Below are positions 1 through 10,694 of a stretch of 64,000 bases of DNA, one piece after another (position 1 is the stretch's first letter; every line of letters begins with the position of its first letter). The DNA lies in the NCBI GenBank assembly GCA_010909165.1, contig VJWM01000068.1, positions 1,302,001 to 1,366,000 on the forward strand. Direction: 5' to 3'. Below the pieces are notes generated by a model. The model was not told the origin of the DNA, ran no database searches, and worked only from the letters and a program-made list of their open reading frames with translations. The stretch is from Anthoceros angustus. Lineage: Eukaryota > Plantae > Anthocerotophyta. The translations under genes and the position numbers were made by a program.

Positions 1-179
1 TTCCTCACCAATTAATGTGGCCGGGGGTGGATTAGGTCAGCCGGAAGGCGCTCCCCAGCTGCAACCAGGGCTTAGGGCATGGCAGGAAGGAGTCGGCTGC
101 CAAAGGCTGCAGCTGGGGCGTCTGGAGCAGCTCGAGCAAGCTAGGAAGGAGAAGGAGGCTGCCCGTGCCAGGCGGGAAG

Positions 180-860
180 CTCAGGCTGGGAAACGGAGAC
201 ACTCAAGCATGTGCAGAGATTATGGAAAACCACATGAAGAAATCTGGTTTGCCCACCCTGGTGAACCCATGGCCTCCTCCAGCCTACCTCCACATGCATA
301 CATGCAAGATATGGTTTTCCAAGTATGCACTCGACTCGTACCCAAGTTTGGCAGTGAGATCATGAACTCGACGCCCAACAACCAAATCCTTCTTAGCTAT
401 ACATAGTTTTAGTACAGCGTACAACAGAGACTGGGAAATGGCAGACTCTGTCTTCGCCAGCGATCCAACAGTATCAAAAGCTTCCCTGCTTACATAACGT
501 GCTCACGATAACAAAAGTAACAACACCCATTGCCGATCTTGCACGCCTCCAGGTTTAGGCTTATCCGGGGAGCTGGACTCGGAAGGAGAGGCACCACGTC
601 CCATCTGCAGATCCATGCACATGAGGTGCTCATCAACCCAAGCTAGCTTAAACATGGTGCTTAAGCACAGCACCTTGCCGGACCCCTTACGCCGGAAGTC
701 GGGCGCTCTTCTTACCTCGTCCATTGCCCACCACAGGGTAGGGTCCAGAAAATTGCTGCCACAAGTGGCAACGACCGTAGCTGGAAAACTCGTCCCTACC
801 CACACTTTCTCGGAAGTGGAAGTACTGGGCTCCTTACATTGATGCACCTGGAGGCTTTTC
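180..860 (-). pseudogene. 5' fragment of a PLS-class pentatricopeptide repeat (PPR) gene, copy A
   Basis: Minus-strand translation across frameshifts gives a PPR-like ...MYACGGRLEEAM/FTRVGKPDFFMWFSIISAHA* segment. Near-identical to 58250-58965, where the frame is longer. Confidence 0.65.
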
Positions 861-1559
861 TTGCGAGGAGTCGACTCCCTAGGCTGAGGTTAGCAGGATC
901 TCCTCGTAGAATCCCTGTACACACACTAATTTGTTGGGTCCCGCCTGAAAGCCAACGACCTGCAAAGAGAAGAAAAGAAGCTTCACCTTTCACTGTGGCC
1001 ATCGTTCAGGGACCGCCGTCGGAGGTGCTTGGACAGGACTAGGCCGCTCACAAACGCATCCTCTCTACGCGCACTAACCCACGGCCGCTACATCAGCCAG
1101 GCCAGGGTTGGTGGATTGACCTGGACGGTGAATGGCAGTGCAGACAAAGTTGTTGAACAGTGGGCAGTTAAGCTGTGCTCATGACATGGGAAATTGCTGC
1201 AGAAAAGCAAGGCTGGACTGCAGAATTGGGCTGAATTTGCTCGTGAACCAATCTCATTGTGCAGTCCTTGTATTCTTGAGTTGCTAGTGTGCCATGGGGA
1301 CACTGTTGTGAGATGGAATTATGTTCTGCAGCTTGTCTTCGTGGAACCCAAGCTGTGGCGGCCCAATGGGGTTGGTGCGCAAATCTATATCAAGTTGACA
1401 TTCTGGTGGAGGTTCGTGACTTTGGAGTGTCTGACTCTTGGAGTGGTCGGCATGGCTTCCGACAAATACATAGCTACATAAACCTCCTCAACGGTGAAAG
1501 GTGTTGTCACTCCTCAGAACTAAAGGAGCAACATTTAGGGTTCTTCCGGTTAAAATTTC

Positions 1560-1749
1560 ATGTTGTACACTGTCTGGCGTTTGAGATCCAATGGGTGATT
1601 GTGTGACCACAAGAACCCGATTTGGGCATCAATTCAATTCCTCACTCTACCTGGGGCCACTACTACGTCCAGATCCAACTCGACAGCAATCTGGTGATCT
1701 ACAACGATGCCGGCACGCCATCTGGGCCTCCCAGACCAACTGGTATTAG
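1560..1749 (+). pseudogene. GNA/bulb-type mannose-binding lectin domain remnant, copy A
   Basis: Reads ...YYVQIQLDSNLVIYNDAG..IWASQTNWY*. The QxDxNxVxY mannose-site motif is at 1676-1702. The upstream subdomain (CLAFEIQW..VI..HKNPIW) is degenerate. Confidence 0.75.
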
Positions 1750-2105
1750 CAAGAACCTGGAATCGGCCTGCTCAGCCTAATAGCCCATAGGAAGGTGTAC
1801 ACTTCCTCTACACAAACTTCCACTTCTGAATCAGTTCTTTCATCAGCATATACTCATCCGCATACACCCCTATCCGACTACCAAGCACTCACAGATTTTG
1901 CACCACCACTATTATTTGCCTACTCCGGCGTCCGCCATCGCTCCCTCCCGCATCCTCCGCAATCCCTCCCTCCCAAATCCTCGAACGCCCTCCCCCGTCG
2001 CTCAAAAGCTTCCCAGGGAATTGAATAGTCCACTTCGTGAACCCTTTTCTTTATAGCTTATGCCGGGTGAGAGGGATTGATTAGCCACTTGCTCAACCCT
2101 TATTT

Positions 2106-3501
2106 CTACAGAAGTGCCGGGTGAGATGTCCCCGGCCCTGGATTCCCAATGGCACGATTAGCTTAGTACTCTTGGGATTTGAATGTTCGATAGCGCCGGG
2201 GATGCTCTGAGTCGACCAGTTGAGGAGATATGACGATGTCCGTGTCGTCGTGCGGGTTGAAAAACTGGGCTATGGACAGCCTCGCACTGTCGTTGGTAAC
2301 CACCCGGTGTTCGGCACTCAAGTACCTGTTGTTACTCCACAGCTGTATCCAGGATGAATTGATGAGACATGAATCTGATAGACAATAGGTAGCCTCCTTG
2401 CAGGAAGTGGTTAAAGACAAGGGGACACACCTGCAGCATGTCGCCTGCGTTGACGACGAAGGCACCAGGGATGGGCTGCACTCCCAGCCATTGCTGGCCA
2501 TCTTTGCTGAGAATCTGTAGCCCCCACAATATCCTGGTGGAGAAGGTGACCACGCCAGGGTCGATGTGGCCTGGCACTCTAAGGCTAGATCGGGACGAGG
2601 GCACCTGGGATAGTAGTTCAACCGGGTAAAGTACCTGGGGCCATTCACTCAAGGACGACCTGCTTGTGAATTCCCTGCGAAGTAGTCCTTGTGCAGCCCC
2701 AGGCTCTCAGCCACCAGCTCCATGACCTTCAACACCAGGACTTCCCCGTGCTTGCCGTATTCCGAGCAGAGCACTGTGCTCATCGCATTGCAACGAGAAG
2801 CCAAGGGATTGGCGTGAGCACCACGTCAACGGACGCATGCTATTCGATTTGGATGAGCATTGAGGCGTGTCCGTAAGTACCTGATCTGCTCCTTAGTGAG
2901 GCCCCCGAAGCCCGCGCGGGACAGCGACTCGGCCCAGGCATCCAGCGTGCTGACCTGATGGTGGGAGGGCAGCCCCAATCCTCGTGCCACCTGAAGGCGG
3001 GATAGTGCGGGATGATCTTGGTCAAGGAGGTGTAGCCAAACGGCGAGTTAGGTTGAGACGCCGCTATCTCCTTCATCTGGTCAGCCACCATTCCTGGCCT
3101 GGTCCACATTGAGAGCTTCCACACCGCAGCTGCGGGCTACCGAGAGCCAAATTTGGACAGCAGACGTCAGCACGTACTCACCTCAGTGGCTGCTGGAAGA
3201 AGGCGTGACTTGCCTTGGAGACCTGCTCCACCACCTCCATCGGGAATCCGTGGTTCACTACCTGGAAGAAGCCATACTCCTCGCACCCCGCCTTCACCTT
3301 AGCCAGAATAGCCTGCTTCTGCGCCAGCAGCGCTTCCACATCCCCTTGCCCTCCGCAGAGAGCTCCTCCAGCTGGAAAACAGGAGCCAGGTCGACGACCG
3401 GCAGGTCCACCTGGAAGACATCGTGATGCTCGGCTAACCCCTTCGGGCCAGACATGAGACTCAGGCATGGCGCCCGCAGCAACAGCCTCGACCGTCCCCA
3501 T
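2106..3501 (-). CDS. 2-oxoglutarate/Fe(II)-dependent dioxygenase (DOXC class), 4 exons, copy A (frameshifted in this sequence)
   Basis: DIOX_N motifs (LPVVDL, GFFQVVNHG), RLNYYPRCP, the HxD...H iron triad and the RxS 2OG motif. GT-AG introns sit at typical DOXC positions. Frameshifts differ from copy B. Confidence 0.9.
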
Positions 3502-3552
3502 TGCCCGCCAGCGGACTATCTCACGTCTGCCGGGCCTCGACTTACGACTCTG

Positions 3553-3590
3553 CGGCTGTGGCTGCGGCTGCGGCTGCGGCTGCGGCTGCT
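3553..3590. repeat. (GCGGCT)n hexamer microsatellite just upstream of the dioxygenase ATG
   Basis: ctgcggctgtggctgcggctgcggctgcggctgcggctgc; a slightly shorter array is at ~61697-61737. Confidence 0.9.
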
Positions 3591-3857
3591 TCCAACAGGC
3601 AGATCGATGTTCCCCTAGGGCGAATCCAAGATGTGACAACGTCCTCGAACTGCACAGGAGACGGCGTGAGCTATATATATACACATCTTGTATCGTCACG
3701 GCGAGCACGCGCGAGTCGTGGGCCTTGAGACGCAACACACGTCTCCATGGCGTGTGGTTCACGATATGTACTTTGCAAATGGCTTGCCACGTGCTTGCTG
3801 CTGTTGCTTTCTCACCGCACACGACAAGCTCTCTGCGAAGCGCCAGAATATCAAATA

Positions 3858-4371
3858 CAGTCCACCCCTAATTGGGACTGGTTCAGGTGCCTTTAGAGGT
3901 CCCATTAAGGGAGGTGTCCCATTATATTTTCCCTATTTAAAAATAATAAAATATTTTAAATTCTAAAAATCAAAAAAAAAAATACCCAAAAATTAAAATT
4001 AAAATTTTGATTGATAGGTTTCACTAAAATAACTTTTACCACTTCTCTATATAGTTGTTTGGAATGCGCTCTCTCTAAGCAACATCAAAAACCTCTACCT
4101 ATCATAAAGGAAAAAGCTTAGCTTAAGAGTCTTCAATCACACCTAAAAGTCTATTGTGCTTTGAAATAATCGATTCTTTTCTTTCTTTTTATTTTTAGTA
4201 AAAATTAGAAATCCCATTTAGGAGGTGACTAACATGAATGTATGTTTCAAAATGTCCCAATTATCATTTAGGAAAAGTCCCATTTATTACATTGTAAACT
4301 AAAGGGAGTAGGATGGGAGGTCCCATTTAGAGAGGAATCCCATTTATAGAGTTCCCAATTAGGGGGCATTG
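3858..4371. mobile_element. Tc1/mariner-pogo-like MITE, copy A
   Basis: TA|cagtccacccctaattggga ... tcccaattagggggcattg|TA. TIRs start CAGTC, the target site is TA, and the interior is AT-rich and non-coding. Confidence 0.8.
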
Positions 4372-4596
4372 TACTACCGCGCCTTTGAGAGCCTCGCGAA
4401 CCCGCCTTTCGATTTTTCTAACTAAAACACCAAACACCGACCCGTGGTCTTTATCACCCGTCATGTTTTGGTATTAATATTTCGTTTAAAAATAATTCAC
4501 GAGGATATAATCTCCTCATTGCCTATTTTACTTTTGGTTGTATAGTTTGTTGCTTCTTCCATTCCACTCCATTGGCCTTGTGTCTTTGTTATGTAG

Positions 4597-4810
4597 GTTT
4601 TGGGTGTCTTTACCTATTCAAAGTTTTGGGTGTCTTTACCTATCCAAAGTTTTTGGGTGTCTTTACCTATCCAAAGTTTTTGGGTGTCTTTATCTATCCA
4701 AAGTTTTTGGGTGTCTTTACCTATCCAAAGTTTTTGGGTGTCTTTACCTATCCAAAGTTTTTGGGTGTCTTTACCTATCCAAAGTTTTTGGGTGTCTTCA
4801 TCATCCAAGT
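4597..4810. repeat. 27-bp minisatellite, ~7-8 units (gtttttgggtgtctttacctatccaaa)
   Basis: Head-to-tail units with no spacers. It explains the QKLWIGKDT-type repetitive ORFs. The same array, including the variant tatctat unit, is at ~62777-62990. Confidence 0.95.
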
Positions 4811-5469
4811 TGCCTTTCTCCTAACAACTGTACATCGTCCAACATGACTTGCGAGGAAACTCATGGATCGTGGCAATTCTAGCATAGTATACTATGGATC
4901 GTGGCAAATCTACCATGGCTTCTTTCCGAGAAGGCTGGCTAGTACGACGACTTGTGAATCTCAATATTTATTATTCATTATATTACATAACATCCGTGAC
5001 CAAGATGCACTCGAGATGGAGCACGGCAAGGCGATGTGGGCCATAGACACTGTGACCACGAGGTTCGCAATGAAGAGCTCAACATGGAATGGAATCGAGT
5101 GTCTTCTAATAGACCAGCCCAATAATTAGGAATCTACGCGATTAACCGGATAGAATGCGATGCCACTTACGTCGAACTTATGTCCAGAGTTTAACTTAAG
5201 ATGATCCAACCGTGTGCCAAGGACCATTCGGTTTGATTTGAACTGTCCAATTTGAAAATCCACTTGAACTAGTTAGCAAATTGTGACTTCTCATGGGCTA
5301 AGGACAATTCAGTTTTGATTTCAACAATCTACTTGAACTGCCTAACAAATTGTGACTTCTCGGCGAGACACAGAAAATGGTAAAAATACGATAAATAAAA
5401 ACAAAAGTAATTGACCAGGTAGTATAATCGAAGCAGGCAAGCAGGCTGGTGAATGTCCATGCTTGGGTA

Positions 5470-5535
5470 GACAGTGCCACGATCAGGCCCGTGGACAGTG
5501 CCACGGTGGCACTGTCAGGCTCGTGGACAGTGCCA
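5470..5535. repeat. Cluster of gacagtgccac motifs including a perfect 11-bp inverted repeat
   Basis: gacagtgccac at 5470 and 5494, its reverse complement at 5506-5516 (1-nt loop), and gacagtgcca at 5526. Confidence 0.85.
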
Positions 5536-6399
5536 TGGTCTGCAACCGCCGGTAAGCCAAAAACGGGCCTAAATCGCTTGCCCCGGTTTGCAGGCGTCAG
5601 GAGGACCGGAATCTAAATGGGACAAACGAATTCGGAGAGCGCAGTGAAGGGACGAGTTGCGGCAAGAAAGAAGACTGCACATAAGGTGTGCCAGCGATTC
5701 TTTACGGAGTAACTGCGAACTGCACAGTCAGCTTTTGATTGAATGACTATAGTACAGTTTTCCGGATAGCAGAGTTCATGAATGGTCGGATCACCCACTC
5801 ATTTTGAGCCTCCGCCTGATCCATCGTTCCTCGCTTGATCTGCACCGAGACCGGAGTTATGCGTGCGTGAGCCAACAGGGCATTTGAGTTGAGAGCATGA
5901 CTTCAAGCACTAGCACAGAATTTTGAAACACAGACCTGGTACAGCCGGAGATCGAAGCGGGTCCAACTTCCTTCAACTCTTGAAGCTTCCCAGCAGACTT
6001 TTCAAAAACATGGTGCCTGAAAAAACAGCGTCACAGAAGCCAAAATAAATTCACACACCACCGTGCACAACACAGGATGCTCACACACTCTGCGTTTGCT
6101 GAAATCGGTCTCACCTGAAAGAGATGTCATCAGATCGGTTGACGAACGAAATCGTTCTCTTGGAATCTGGCCTCGGTGCTGGGAAAAGATGCTTGAGAAT
6201 TGTTGCTGTCCTCTGCCCTAGCTGCAAACATTTCCACCACAAATTAGATGCACAACCGTATCACCAACGTGGTACAAAAGCAGTGGCAAACAACCCCACT
6301 CAAGACACCAGGCCCAGAATCTAACGCAAAGCAGCATATCTACCTTGGTACTAAAGTTCTCAAGTATAAGATGGGGATAAGCTTCTGAAACTGTGCCCA

Positions 6400-8300
6400 G
6401 AGATTCAGTTTTACTCCTCTCATGCCTTGTCACCTGCACAAGATCGGATAACGCTAAGTATGTGACGGTTGCCGGAATTGCATGCTTCATCTCACACCTG
6501 CAAGGCTCCGCGTGACCAACCAAAAGAAAATTTGCTACTCACCACATTCATGAGGCCAAAATAAGCTGTTGGGCCATAAGGCAAGTGACAGATAACAAGG
6601 CCATCAGGTTTCCCTCGATGCTCATGAACCATCACAATATCAGTGAAGTCATTTGCTCTGGATGCCTTGACAATTTCTGAGATGACCTAAAACACGACCA
6701 AGATCAGCACGGTTGATGACAGACACCATCAATCGGGGACGAGACAGACGAGAAGGATGGAGAAGTTTGCAACTTACCTGACCTCCACGGTTTATCCTTT
6801 GTGCATTTGGCAACACTATCTTGAGCTCCTACAGCGCACAAGAACGCCACCGTTGGAAACCTGGCACAGGACTTTTTACCACATCCAGGCAGAGAAACAA
6901 ACTTTCACTCGGATACACACCTTCACGAATTGGGTGAGCGTACTGCTGGGATCCCTAGACGTGGTGAGCAGGATTTTGGGATCCTTGTCACCTGCGTGCG
7001 CATACTCGTCGTCGATGCCGGTCGCCATCTCTAGGAAATTCACGAAAATACAAACTCTCAGGTTCGCAGGCTAGTGAGCCCTAGTAGTGGATTCAGAGTT
7101 TCAGACCTGCCTCGCAGCTAAAGCTAGGTTTGCAACTCAATCGTCAATCGATTCTATGCTGAGTGGAATTTTATTGAAATAGGTATAGAAAGGTGGGTGA
7201 TCCCATCCACCTCAAAACCTTAAATCCCTTCAAGGAAGAAGGACTCTCAGTACACCTGTATGGTAGGTAGGAACACTAGGTGTACATATATAGTCTTTGA
7301 GCTTGGCATAATCTAAATTCCGAGGGTGAATGACTAGAAATGTGCATGGCTAACATACATTCGTAGAATTAGGATGGAGGGAGAAGTTGAAGCCAACTTC
7401 GTTCACGAATTGTTGAAGCCAAGAGAATATTCAATGTGGTATAAGGCTGGAGCCACATAACAAACACAGCGCAAAGTGCAGATGCCATATCACTGCTGTC
7501 TAAGAGTGTAGTGTTTTGCACAGGTATTCAGAAGACCAGCAAAAGTAATTGGTCAGCCAGGGTGAGGCCCTCCTGTTCCATTTATCCATTCAGGGCATTC
7601 TATGTCAATCCTCCTTCACTCCTGACCAACGGGCATCTTTTTTCACAATTTTGAGTGTGAAGCTGCCTGCCCTACTGCAGGGCACCACACTTTTGTGGCC
7701 AAACTGTGATAAACCCTGCAGGCATCTTCAGTCCCCACATTTTGCATACATGCCCACCAGGCAAGTGCCAACAACAAGTTACGAGGAATGCCATGGTTCA
7801 ACCACAACCCTGGATGGCAGCTACCAACACGCAGCATCCGCCTTCGCACCTGTCTTACACATCTCAATGCCACAGTTTTATGGCCTCATGATTAGGTGTA
7901 CCATGCTTAGCATATGCAGGAGAAGAAGAAGAAGAATTTTATTTAAGTCCACTAAGGACGGATTTCCATCATGGAACACACATGTGCAGAGATTATGGAG
8001 AACCACATGGAGGAATATGGTATCATCGCTGAAAAGGAAGGAATGGTCAAGCCGTGGAAACGCAAGCACTGCAGGTTCACATTTCTCTTTAACTGGCTTG
8101 CTGTAAAACCATTGAATTTGGAGGATCATTGAATGGCGGATCTTTGCAGAAGATGAAGGTTGCATAGTTATGATTTATAGCCGAAGGAGTGGACAGGCTA
8201 GCGGAACATGACTGTACTGGCACAATATGTGCATCTGCAAATCAAGAGATGGTTCCCATTTGCAACTGACTCGTACCAAGTTTGACAGTGAGCACACTCA
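6400..8300 (-). pseudogene. Degenerate PLS-class PPR gene, copy A
   Basis: Fragments in shifting frames: AYAKHG..HEAIKL, MYAKCG/EDACRVYHSLATK, MEQEGLTL, REGVYPSESLFLC. Many stops and frameshifts; boundaries approximate. Confidence 0.65.
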
Positions 8301-8496
8301 AATGCTGCTAAAGCATACACTCCTTGTCCAGGCTCGGTGCCCGCTGATTGCCTGCGGCTGAATTCCAGCCCTTCCAGTCCAGCCCCAGCCCTTCCAGCCT
8401 TACTGATTGGACGAGAGATGTCCCGTCTTCCATCAATCCTGTTATCCCTCTCAAGCCATCAGGGCCATTCCTACATGTATCATTCATGGCACAAGC

Positions 8497-10694
8497 CTAA
8501 ACTTCGGGCATCCCTACCGTCACAGAAGAGAATGACGAGCTTTGCAACCGGGTCATCTCCAGTGACTCGGCGGGCATTATAGTTTGCTGGGGACACCAAT
8601 GGTTGTCTGCTGTGTAAACCGCAACTGGCTTACATCTTGGGAGCGAAGGTAGTTCAACATCTTGGTTCAAGATCTGCTGCACGCGCCTAGTAGAAGGCCT
8701 CAAGCTGGGATCCGGGTGGGTGCACATCAAGCCGACATGTAGCACACAGGTTAGGTCCCTAGGATCAAACTTTCCCGCCAGTGCTGGATCCGCCACACCC
8801 AGAAGGTTGCCAGCTTCTAGCATCTGCCACACCCAGTCCAGTAGCTGGACTCCTGGTTGGGGATTAGGGGTCTCCTGCCGCTGGCCACCTCCAGCAACAA
8901 AACCCCAAAGCTGAAAATATCCGACTTGGCCGTGGCCTGCCCAGATAGGGCAAGCTCCGGCGGCATGTAGCCAAAGGTCCCAGCTAAGAGTGTGAGCGCG
9001 AGGCCCGTGGCGAAGGTCTCCTCCACCAGGCGGGACAAGCCGAAGTCTCCCAGCCGGGCTTCCATGTTGGAATCCAGAAGCACGTTGGCCGGCTTGATGT
9101 CCCTGTGCACAATGCACTTCCTCCACTCCGTATGGATGTAGACCAAAGCCGTTGCAATCCCTCTGACAATGTGAAATCTGTCCGTCCACGATAGCACCTG
9201 CTGACTGGAGTAGAGGTGTTGATCCAGGCTGAGGTTAGGCATGTAGTCGTACACGAGCAGGAGCTCGTCCTGCTCCTGGCACCAGCCATGGAGATGTACC
9301 AGGTTCCTGTGCCTGAGCTGCCCCAAGATCTTGAGCTCCGCACGGAACTCCTTGGATCCCTGCCTTGAATCCTGCGCGATCCTTTTGATGGCTAACTCGA
9401 CATCTGAGTCTCCGATCCGCATTACCCCCCGGTACACAGTCCCGAACCCGCCTTTCCCGAGGATCTGTGATTTGCTGAACCCTAGAGTCGCCTTCTTCAG
9501 CTCCTGGTAGGTGAATGTGCGAGTCCAGTGGGTGATATCTGCATCCTCCACGGAAGAAGTGCCTGACGGGTCGGAGCTCCTTGCTGTGGACGATGTTGAT
9601 GCTTTGTCCGTGATGCGAGCACTGAGGGATTCCGGGCCATCCTTCCCGGAAGATCCCACATCTGCAACAAAAGAAGCAGCCAAGGCCGCAGCCAAGAGCA
9701 ACTACCAGCAAAGCTGCTCCAGTTGCAACCCTGCAACCAGGCCAGTGCTGCTCTTCTTGACTGCCTGAGGCTCAGGCTCAGGCGCAGCGGCTGGAGGTGG
9801 GGGGTGGGGGTGGGGTGAGGTGCGGGTGGGTGCAGGTGGGGGTGGTTGTGGCAGGCCACTGGTGGAGAAGGTCCAGTCGTAGATGTAGGTGTTCTGGCTG
9901 TTGTCGCCTGTGCTAGCCGTGAATCCGACATAGGAATACTCTTGAACGATGCTGGAGACGTTCAAGCTGCTGTAATTAAGCACAAGAGAAGCACCAGATT
10001 TCTCATATCCGTTTTTGGGATAGTCTGACATGTACACCCACAGCTTTTGCGCGTCCGCAGAATAGTCGATCCAAACTGAAAAGCTAGGACCATCTGTCCC
10101 TGATGAGTCGTCCCTGAGCGTAATGTCGTAATCCGACAGGTCATTCGCCTTGACAGAAGCAACGCTGTTGATGTCCAGCCCCACGTGGTTGGGATTGTTC
10201 GGGGGATCCCATGGAGTATTCCAAAAGTCGTCGAACTCCACGGCTAAGACTTGAAAACTGGAATTCCTGGCAGTGTCATTCACGGAGTTGTAACGGAGAC
10301 CGAGACCACCACCCGCGCTGTTAGGGGGCACCTCGGAGCTAGGAGCGATGATAAAGGTCATCCCATCACCCCCGGAAGTTGCTCGTGGAACTTTCATGGC
10401 GAAGGTGAAGGAGACGTTGAAGGAAGCTTCCCCACCAGTGGCCGCATCATAGAACTGCACAGGCTCGCCATACACTGCTCTGGACACCAAGTCCGGGCCT
10501 GTACTCAGCGTGGTGCTATTCGCATCGAGGTGCAAAATGCTTGACTCCAGTTTGCAGTTGCCGTCCAGCCGCATCCCACCGGTTGATGAATTTGTGAAGT
10601 TGCGAGAGAAGGAAAAGTACACATTCCCGGAGCTTACCTTCTGCGCACGGCAGCTGAACATCACGGCCAGCAGAGGAAGCACAAGGGCGCACAT
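8497..10694 (-). CDS. L-type (legume) lectin receptor-like kinase, intronless, copy A (several frameshifts)
   Basis: Signal peptide MCALVLPLLAV, legume lectin motifs (DGMTFII, LAVEFD, NHVGLDINS, YVGFTASTG), a TM helix, and kinase motifs GKGGFG, AIK, HRDIKPAN, DFG, GTFGYMPPE. Confidence 0.93.

Larger units (their letters stand above)
1..5792 (+). repeat. Segmental duplication, half 1 (matches 58091-64000)
   Basis: Starts ttcctcaccaattaatgtggccggg at both 1 and 58091 and stays colinear to the window end (gagttcatgaatggtcggatc). Differences are mostly 1-3 bp indels. Confidence 0.97.

Noticed and set aside
2106-3501. Naming the dioxygenase GA20ox or GA3ox
   Set aside because: Diagnostic motifs are only partly matched; a phylogeny is needed.
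3502-3822. N-terminal extension of the dioxygenase (ORF 3178-3822)
   Set aside because: Not preserved in copy B, where the ORF starts at MGTVEA. It is read-through of the 5' region and the microsatellite.
4597-4810. CRISPR-like array
   Set aside because: The 27-bp units are contiguous with no unique spacers, no cas genes are present, and the context is eukaryotic.
8497-10694. Calling LecRK A and the DOXC copies pseudogenes
   Set aside because: The frameshifts are single-base, often in homopolymers, and differ between copies while catalytic motifs are intact, which fits sequencing error. Status is unresolved.
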